NCBI GenBank assembly: GCA_965656495.1
Contig: CBFHKU010000002.1
Span: 1 to 64,000 of the forward strand
Length of the DNA: 64,000 bases
Direction of reading: 5' to 3'
DNA from: Coraliomargaritaceae bacterium
GTDB lineage: Bacteria; Verrucomicrobiota; Verrucomicrobiia; Opitutales; Coraliomargaritaceae
A model generated the notes under the pieces. That model was not told where the DNA came from. It worked only from the letters and a program-made list of their open reading frames with translations, and ran no database searches. Below are positions 57,248 to 64,000 of this stretch, in pieces; the stretch's first letter is position 1; every line of letters begins with the position of its first letter. The position numbers were made by a program, and so were the translations under genes.

Positions 57248-57793
57248 TCAAGGCGTCAGAAAATTATAGTCGTCAACTGATTCCGTTTCATTCGGTTCAA
57301 GCCCATCGCTCTTGGATTTCGGGCGCTTCGCAGCAAGGTGAACTTGCGAGAAACCTGCATCCTGTGCCATCGCGCTGATATCCAAAAGGGATGCGATGGG
57401 CAACCGCTCCCCAGCCTTTAAAAGAAGCACAAGGTCATCCTCTTTTTTCCGGGCAACGCGCTCCTGAAAAGCATTTGATATGGTATCGACCTGATACACC
57501 CCCCCATCAAAAAGCAACATACCCTCATTCTGGACGGTAAGCACTGCGACCGCAGTGGCAGAGGGCGGCATTCGCAAGTCCGTCTGCGGCAACTCAAGAC
57601 GCACGCCGGGTGTCATTACCATTCGCGAAAAGAGCAGACTAAAGAGCAGTGCAATCGTAAGCAGATCCAACAAGGGCAAAGTGTCGAGACCCACACGCGG
57701 AGCCTTCAAGCTTGCGCCCAAATTAAACCCGCGAAAGCCCGCCCTTGCTTCCGGTGAAGCGGTCTCTGCATTCGATGTCCCTTTATGATTCAT
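57248..57793 (-). CDS. exbD: ExbD/TolR family protein
   Basis: LPLLDLL TM with Asp, LELP, AQDAGFSQVHLA. Confidence 0.82.
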   Translation of the reverse strand: MNHKGTSNAETASPEARAGFRGFNLGASLKAPRVGLDTLPLLDLLTIALLFSLLFSRMVMTPGVRLELPQTDLRMPPSATAVAVLTVQNEGMLLFDGGVYQVDTISNAFQERVARKKEDDLVLLLKAGERLPIASLLDISAMAQDAGFSQVHLAAKRPKSKSDGLEPNETESVDDYNFLTP

Positions 57794-58437
57794 CCCTTAT
57801 CCTCCTCCTCTGCATCCGCCTGAAGCTCCGTATTGGTAAGGAATTCGTTAATTGCGTGCGCCACCCGCTCGATCTCAAAAACCAGCGCTCGAACACGCCC
57901 ATAAAGAAAGTGGTAACCGAGAGCCGCGAGCGCGGCGATGCCCAAACCAACCGCTGAACTGATGATGGCCTGCGCGAGTGATTGCATAAAATAAGCGCTC
58001 TCGGCATTCGCTGCCTCCAAGCTTACGAGCGCTTGAAAGGCGGCAATCAGGGTACCGATAAAACCAATGAGCGGCGCAATGCGGGCAATCGCCGAAAGGC
58101 TCCCGATGCGCCGTTCCAGAATCGGCACCTCAATAAGCGCTGCTGACTCAATCGCGGACCGAATACGCGCATCACTCGCGCCGTATTGCAAAAGCGCGGA
58201 TTTCACGACCCGTGCCAAAGGACCCGGGGTTTCCTCACATAGAGTCATTGCCTCGACCAGACGCTTCTTCTTAACGAGATTTTTTATTCCAGCAAGGAAG
58301 TCCAGGGAATGGATTTGGCCTTTGTGCAAAAACAAGGCACGCTCAATAAAAATGAGGACTGCAATAATGCTAAGCACAAATAAGGGGTAGAGAGTATAGC
58401 CGCCCTGCTGAATTAGGGTATTGCCGAAAAGATCCAT
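57790..58437 (-). CDS. exbB: MotA/TolQ/ExbB proton channel protein
   Basis: IFIER, IAPLIGFIGT, AIISSAVGL; start at MDLFGNT. Confidence 0.88.
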   Translation of the reverse strand: MDLFGNTLIQQGGYTLYPLFVLSIIAVLIFIERALFLHKGQIHSLDFLAGIKNLVKKKRLVEAMTLCEETPGPLARVVKSALLQYGASDARIRSAIESAALIEVPILERRIGSLSAIARIAPLIGFIGTLIAAFQALVSLEAANAESAYFMQSLAQAIISSAVGLGIAALAALGYHFLYGRVRALVFEIERVAHAINEFLTNTELQADAEEEDKG

Positions 58438-58456
58438 AGTCAGGTGAAGTGGGGTG

Positions 58457-61045
58457 TTAGTTATTGGTGATTCGAATTGAATTGATGCGGGATTGGGCAA
58501 GGCCCCGACCCGGTAAATTATAGGCAATCAGTTTGCGATAGACTGTTTTTGCTTCGGAAAAATCCCCGCGCGCGCTCAAACGCTCACCCAAATCCAACAA
58601 GGAACGCGCCGCCCAATAACGTCCGGTTGAATCCAACAAAGAGGCAAGCTTTACATCAAGTAAGTTACGCGCCACGCTATCCGACAAAACCACCCTAGCG
58701 CGGTCATGCAAGCCCTGCTCTTCCAACGCAAAGGCCCATTTATACATGGCCTCAACCCGGAAATTCAAATCCAAGTCCGGCATGTCCACCAAACGCTCAA
58801 GCACTGAAGCTGCTTGGGCTAATTTTGCCGCATCCTGTTTCGCGAGTGCCAACATACACTGCGCCCGGGCCAACTCCGCCATTGGACGCATCGGATGAAC
58901 CGGGTCGCTGTTGACAAGCGTCTCATAAACAAGCCGCGCTCCGGCAAAATCATTCAACAAACGCAAGAGGTCGCCCTGTCGCATGCGTGCCCGGTATAGG
59001 AGCGCGTCTTCAGGAAAACGTTCTGCCAGCCGCTCGTACAACTCAATCGCCTCAACGTAAAAGTCCAGACCCCGCCGCTCGCAGATCAATGCACCCTCAA
59101 AAATGGACTGAGCCGCCAGAGGACTCTTCGGGTAGTCCTCCGCAAGCTGCAACATGACAGCCTGAGCTTCCAGCAGCTGACCAAGCTGTTCCAACTCCGA
59201 AGCTTCCAATAAATAGGAACGTTGCGCCGCCATGGAACCCTCGTATTCGGTGCGCAAGGCATCCAAAACAAGCGCCGCTTCATCAGCGGCTTCCTGCCGG
59301 TAGTGTACTCTCGCTTTTAAGAGTAAAAATTCTGCTGCCAATGTATCTAATTCGCCGCTTGCTGACTTCGAGCCTGCGACGGCTGCTGCATGCCGTTCCA
59401 AGAGTGAGTTTACTTGCCCCATCGCATCTGCCATCGATTCTCCAAGCTCAAGTGCCAAGGATAATTCAAGCCAGTGCATTCGCAGATTGAGCATAGATGA
59501 CACTTGCTCCTCACTCCCGAGCAAGGAGCGAACCCGTCCGATTGCATCTTCAGCGCGCTGTTCTTTAATGAGTGCGTGCGCGATGTTCCACTCTGCCTGC
59601 CAACGCTTTTCAGCCCCCACCTGCTTACCGAAGGGCAAGGCATCAATATAACGCAAAGCATCCTCAAGTTTACCTATCTGAATCGATGCAATGACAAGCC
59701 GCAAGTAAATCGACTCAAGTGCCTCCGGAACCTCGTTGAGCGCGAGTGTGTAAAATTCGACAGCATTATTAAAATCCTTATTTAGAAAGTAACAGTCCCC
59801 AATAAGGACATTGAGCTCGGCGATCTCGGCTTCTTCTTCAAGGCTCGCCTGATGCTGAATAAGAAAATCTGCTGCAGTTCGGTATTGGGGCGAGGCATCA
59901 CGCAAAGCGGCAAAAGCTAAAATAAAATAGGCATCGCCGACCCGCATTAGGCCCGGGAATTTCTCCAAGAGGAGTTCCGCATCTGACTTTGCCAATTCGA
60001 GCTCGCCACGCCGCAAGGCCAATTGACTGCGCAGGTAATACATTTGGCCGATTAACGGATGTGCTTCCTTGCGTTCAAGCATCTCATTCAACAGCTCGGT
60101 AAAAATAGCACTTGCTTCGCTTTGACCGCTCAAGAGATAGAGCGCGACCTCCATAATTTCAATGGTTTGCCCGCTTCGAATCAACTCCGCCAAGGCCAGT
60201 TGACCCTCCGTTGAACTCTCTCCGAGCATCATTGCACGCAGCAAACGCAATTCTTCACGCTGTGCGAAAGTGAACCCCTGACCGTAACGCCTGAGCTGCT
60301 TGTCCAGATCCAACAAGTCGAGGGCTTCCTCAACCTCATCACTATGCCAAAGCGCAAGGGCATACTGCTTGGCATACATGAACGCCGCCGTACCCCGCGA
60401 CTTATTTAACTCCCGTTGCATATCTTTAAGCACATCCGGTTTTAAAGCGGGACCACGCAATTCTTTGCGCAGAAGGATCGTTTGTAAATTTGCCCGCTGA
60501 TAGGCATTTTGCGCTCTGGGAAGACCCTCCTTCAAATAAAGCTCCAACGCCTCCAATTCTTGCTTTTGCTCTGCGTGTAAGGCCTGCATCAGGAAATACC
60601 AATAACGCTCACTTTCGGTCAAAACAGACGCATCGATCTTCCCCAACTGCGTATCGATGTAACTCCAGTTGACTGCCCTGCCCGCGCCGTAAGCCACCTG
60701 TACCCCAAGCAAATGAAGGGAATAATCTTCCGCCCCCACTGGAATTAGATCCATTTGCCCTTTTGCGGCTTCAAATTTATCTTGAGCCAGATAGGCGCGC
60801 ACCAGCCCCGCCCGAACGCGCTTTTCATGCTCCGGCGTCAATCCGGCGTCCTCCAGTACATTGGTAAAGATTTCTGCCGCCATGACCGGCAAGCCGCTGG
60901 ACAACAAAACTTCTGCATTCGCTATGCCTCGCGCACTCGCAATCGCAGTTTTTGATGCGTCCGACTCAGTCAGTGGCACTTCAACGGCATAGCCCAAACT
61001 TGTGGAAGCGAGTACCAGGATTGTAACTGAAGCGATGCGGCGCAT
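58457..61045 (-). CDS. Large exported TPR protein
   Basis: Signal peptide; many TPR-like helical repeats (LLEKFP, LAEDYPKSP, LAERFP). Confidence 0.82.
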   Translation of the reverse strand: MRRIASVTILVLASTSLGYAVEVPLTESDASKTAIASARGIANAEVLLSSGLPVMAAEIFTNVLEDAGLTPEHEKRVRAGLVRAYLAQDKFEAAKGQMDLIPVGAEDYSLHLLGVQVAYGAGRAVNWSYIDTQLGKIDASVLTESERYWYFLMQALHAEQKQELEALELYLKEGLPRAQNAYQRANLQTILLRKELRGPALKPDVLKDMQRELNKSRGTAAFMYAKQYALALWHSDEVEEALDLLDLDKQLRRYGQGFTFAQREELRLLRAMMLGESSTEGQLALAELIRSGQTIEIMEVALYLLSGQSEASAIFTELLNEMLERKEAHPLIGQMYYLRSQLALRRGELELAKSDAELLLEKFPGLMRVGDAYFILAFAALRDASPQYRTAADFLIQHQASLEEEAEIAELNVLIGDCYFLNKDFNNAVEFYTLALNEVPEALESIYLRLVIASIQIGKLEDALRYIDALPFGKQVGAEKRWQAEWNIAHALIKEQRAEDAIGRVRSLLGSEEQVSSMLNLRMHWLELSLALELGESMADAMGQVNSLLERHAAAVAGSKSASGELDTLAAEFLLLKARVHYRQEAADEAALVLDALRTEYEGSMAAQRSYLLEASELEQLGQLLEAQAVMLQLAEDYPKSPLAAQSIFEGALICERRGLDFYVEAIELYERLAERFPEDALLYRARMRQGDLLRLLNDFAGARLVYETLVNSDPVHPMRPMAELARAQCMLALAKQDAAKLAQAASVLERLVDMPDLDLNFRVEAMYKWAFALEEQGLHDRARVVLSDSVARNLLDVKLASLLDSTGRYWAARSLLDLGERLSARGDFSEAKTVYRKLIAYNLPGRGLAQSRINSIRITNN

Positions 61046-61130
61046 ATTTTGAAAAATTATTGGACTTTATCAGTTTGAACAAGTGCCCGCTTAGCTTGCA
61101 AAGTATTAAAACCCATAAAATTCAGACAAA

Positions 61131-61205
61131 TGGTGCCCCCACCGGGAATCGAACCCAGATCTGCAGTTTAGGAAACTATTGTTCTATCCGTTGAACTATG
61201 GGGAC
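61131..61205 (-). tRNA. tRNA-Arg (anticodon CCT)
   Basis: 75-nt cloverleaf gtcccca...TTCCTAA loop...GTTCGATTC...CCA. Confidence 0.9.
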
Positions 61206-61331
61206 TGATATCATGAAAATCTCTATAAATTTGGTATTTATGTCGATAACCAAGCACCGCTTCTGTTTGAAAAATAGATTTTTTTCTTGTCCCTCGCCCA
61301 AAAATCCCGCAATTTCCTCGGCTTCAACACT

Positions 61332-61529
61332 ATGAGTACCGAAAATAAAAAACCCAATCGCTCCCTCAATCCGATGGACTACACCTTTAACGATGTGGAG
61401 CAGCTCTCTCGTTTTGTGACCGAAACAGGTAAGATTTTACCGCGCAAAATAACGGGGCTTTCAGCGAAGCACCAACGTCGGATTACCAATACAATCAAGC
61501 GTGCGCGCAATATGATTACGATGAAGTAG
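61332..61529 (+). CDS. rpsR: 30S ribosomal protein S18 (Cys-free)
   Basis: [18 protein letters not shown]...[13 protein letters not shown]; start at MSTENKK. Confidence 0.95.
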   Translation: MSTENKKPNRSLNPMDYTFNDVEQLSRFVTETGKILPRKITGLSAKHQRRITNTIKRARNMITMK

Positions 61530-61556
61530 TACCTGCCGGGCACTTCCTGATGTTCA

Positions 61557-61590
61557 GATCCTTTCCTGGCTACGCCGGAAAGGGTTTTTT
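61557..61590 (+). terminator. Probable intrinsic terminator after rpsR
   Basis: cctttcc-tggctacgcc-ggaaagg hairpin followed by T-run. Confidence 0.65.
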
Positions 61591-61621
61591 ATACCCCAAC
61601 ACTTTTAGCTTCAATTTTAAG

Positions 61622-62602
61622 ATGATTCTCAATCCGAGTCGTGAAAGCCTAAAGCACTGTGCTGGTCTGATAAAAAAAGATGAGCTTGTCGCGGTGCCAA
61701 CGGAAACCGTCTATGGATTGGCTGGTAATGCACTCCGTGAATCTGCAGTGCGTAAGATTTTTGAAGTCAAAGGACGACCGTTGATTGATCCTCTGATTGT
61801 TCATTGCCCGAATTACCCTTCCGCGCTGGATTACATAGAGAGCAATCCATTAATCAAAAGCTTGGCTGAGGAGTTTTGGCCTGGCCCGCTAACCCTCATT
61901 GCGCGAAAGAAAGCCGTTATTCCTGACATAGTGACCGCCGGTCTAGAGAGTGTTGCGATCCGCGTTCCCGCACAAAAAGAGTTGCTTCAGCTGCTTGAAC
62001 TTTGCGGCGTACCATTGGCAGCACCCAGTGCCAATCCTTTTGGCTACGTCAGCCCCACAGAAGCAGCTCATGTCGAGCGAACTCTTGGTGGAAAATTGTC
62101 CGCAATTCTGGACGGGGGGCGTTGCCTGCACGGAGTAGAGTCTACAATTATTGACGTTCGAAATCCCAATGCCCCGGCGCTTTTGCGTTACGGCCCACTG
62201 GATCCTGCTGCCATTGAGAAAGAACTACAGCGCCCTTTGCAAATTCAGCAAAAAGGACGGGGCGAGGAAAAAGCGCAAACGGCTCCAGGTATGCTCAGCA
62301 AGCACTACAGCCCGCATGCCGAAGTTCATCTCATCGAGAAAGGAACCACTTATGATAACGCCAAGCTAGCCGGTAGGCGTTTCGCGCATGTCTTCCTAGA
62401 AAAACCGAACCCGATGCCGGAACATCCTGATTGCTTTTGGCTCACGGAAGACGGTTGTATGGAAACTGCGGCACGCAATCTTTTTGCATTAATGCAAACC
62501 CTCGATGCGCAGGCATACCGCTGTCTTGTTTTTGAGCTGGCAGAGGAAACAGGAATCGGCCTTGCGTTTAATGACCGCCTAAAGCGTGCTGCCGCGAAAT
62601 AG
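61622..62602 (+). CDS. sua5: L-threonylcarbamoyladenylate synthase (Sua5-type)
   Basis: PTETVYGL, KGRP, FWPGPLT, AAPSAN, GVESTI, APGMLSKHYSP. Confidence 0.95.
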   Translation: MILNPSRESLKHCAGLIKKDELVAVPTETVYGLAGNALRESAVRKIFEVKGRPLIDPLIVHCPNYPSALDYIESNPLIKSLAEEFWPGPLTLIARKKAVIPDIVTAGLESVAIRVPAQKELLQLLELCGVPLAAPSANPFGYVSPTEAAHVERTLGGKLSAILDGGRCLHGVESTIIDVRNPNAPALLRYGPLDPAAIEKELQRPLQIQQKGRGEEKAQTAPGMLSKHYSPHAEVHLIEKGTTYDNAKLAGRRFAHVFLEKPNPMPEHPDCFWLTEDGCMETAARNLFALMQTLDAQAYRCLVFELAEETGIGLAFNDRLKRAAAK

Positions 62603-62605
62603 CAC

Positions 62606-62631
62606 AAAAAAGCCCGGATCTCATCCGGGCT
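62606..62631 (-). terminator. Terminator between convergent sua5 and wzc-like gene
   Basis: agcccggat-ctc-atccgggct stem with U-tract on minus strand. Confidence 0.8.
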
Positions 62632-62657
62632 GTAATTGTTGATTTCTTGAGCCAATC

Positions 62658-63998
62658 TTACGTAGTTTGCTTTGAATCGCCCTCGTCATCGGACGAATCA
62701 GTCGTAGCGACCTCGGACATCTCCAAATCTGATTCTGGTTCCTGACTGTCATCCACTATGGACTCGAAATCGGCACTGAATTCATCTTCGGCACTCATAT
62801 AATAATTCTTATAACTCTTATCCGAGTACTGCGAGTAGTAGTAGCTCGACATAGTAGCAGAGACATAATTTAGAACGGCACCAAAAACCGGAACATTAGT
62901 TTCCCAAAGACGGCGAACATTTAGAACCGCAGTCTTGCGCTTAACCGAGTTGAATTTGATGACGTAGATAACTCCATCAACCAATGGCAACAAGATAAGC
63001 GCATCGCTAACCGCGGCAAGTGGCGGGGAGTCAATAATGATGCGGTCATAGCGATTCCTTAATTCCGCAACCATGTCCTGGAATTCAGTACTGTTGAGAG
63101 TCTGAGTTGGATTCTTTGATTTACCGCCGGTTGGCAACACGTCCATATTTGGATAAACTTCCTTAACAATAAGGTCATCAAGGCTTTCACCAGATTGTAT
63201 ATATCCCAAATGCCCTTTGGCATTTTCCAACTGCATTGAACGCGCGACATTAGGCAAGCGCAAGTCAGCATCTAAAAGCAGCGTCTTTTCACCATGATTG
63301 GCAAAAGTAAGAGCCATGTTGGAACTAATGAATGATTTACCTTCGCTGGGTACGGTACTGGTGGTGAGAATTACCTTCGCGTTTTTGCTTTCCTCATTGA
63401 GTCGAACTGAGGAATAGATAGACCGGAAAGTCTCAGTAACATGCCGGTCGGCGTTTGAGGCAACCGCCTGAGCTTTGGAAGCCGTATCAAGCTTTTTGAT
63501 TTTTGTAATAACACCCAATAACGGAAGGCCAACGGAACCTTCAATATCGAAGGCACTTTTAATCCGGTCATCCAGGAATGCCACGATGAGAACCAATGCC
63601 ACCCCAATTCCAACACCACCAAAGGCTCCGGCAGCTAAATTGATCGCAATGTTGGGAGAAGAGTGTTTTATCGGAGGTAAGGCTTCGTCGATGATGCGGG
63701 CATTGGGATTCTTTAAATTAACCAATGTTTTTTGCATGGTCATCCGACTCACAATCACTTGCAAGTAGCCCTGCTGAACTTCAAATTCGCGATACAAGGT
63801 ATTGTATTCAACGCCAGTTTTACTCAACGCTATAAGCTCCGCTTCCTTTTCTGCCAATCGTTTGCTGGCGACTTCAAAATTCTCTTTGGATTCGGCATAG
63901 GTTGCGTAAATTTTATCGACTGCGTTTTGCACCGCCAAGAGGAGCTCAGCTTCAGATTCCTGGTAGGCCTGAACCAGCGAAATCATAGTCGGGTGCTT
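62658..63998 (-). CDS. Polysaccharide biosynthesis tyrosine autokinase (Wzc/GumC family), 5' part outside window
   Basis: TM segment, STVPSEGKS Walker A, LLDADLR, IIDSPP, Tyr cluster SSYYYSQYSDKSYKNYY. Confidence 0.92.
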   Translation of the reverse strand, partial: KHPTMISLVQAYQESEAELLLAVQNAVDKIYATYAESKENFEVASKRLAEKEAELIALSKTGVEYNTLYREFEVQQGYLQVIVSRMTMQKTLVNLKNPNARIIDEALPPIKHSSPNIAINLAAGAFGGVGIGVALVLIVAFLDDRIKSAFDIEGSVGLPLLGVITKIKKLDTASKAQAVASNADRHVTETFRSIYSSVRLNEESKNAKVILTTSTVPSEGKSFISSNMALTFANHGEKTLLLDADLRLPNVARSMQLENAKGHLGYIQSGESLDDLIVKEVYPNMDVLPTGGKSKNPTQTLNSTEFQDMVAELRNRYDRIIIDSPPLAAVSDALILLPLVDGVIYVIKFNSVKRKTAVLNVRRLWETNVPVFGAVLNYVSATMSSYYYSQYSDKSYKNYYMSAEDEFSADFESIVDDSQEPESDLEMSEVATTDSSDDEGDSKQTT

Positions 63999-64000
63999 TT

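Overview
Mostly core chromosome of a moderately GC-rich bacterium; gene content and order suggest Verrucomicrobiota/Opitutae (inference, no database search run). It holds kdgK-eda, a HigBA/RelE-type toxin-antitoxin pair, dnaK-groES-groEL, sucA-sucB-lpdA, dapA-dapB-ruvA, an ECF sigma/anti-sigma pair, accA, a coaE-rho-pilB-pilT-pilB-pilC operon divergent from comM, and a desaturase-DUF1295-cfa/SRPBCC/MFS/FeS-photolyase cluster. Further on lie a small accessory islet at tRNA-Arg(CCG) (AbiEi-like antitoxin, internally deleted AbiEii-like toxin, RNase H-fold hypothetical, decayed PEP-CTERM-like gene, AT-rich beta-barrel gene), rarA/comEC, type B L36 (missed by the ORF track) and L31, a TPR-ExbB-ExbD-TonB-like operon, S18, sua5 and the 3' part of a Wzc-type kinase. 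There are four tRNAs. No CRISPR array, transposase, integrase or prophage was seen. Most notable: (i) alternating G/C skew domains, independent of gene strand, that flip sharply at AT-rich islets/tRNAs; (ii) a sigma54-type, apparently leaderless dnaK-groESL promoter with candidate enhancer repeats; (iii) a toxin apparently silenced by a microhomology deletion while its antitoxin and operator remain intact.
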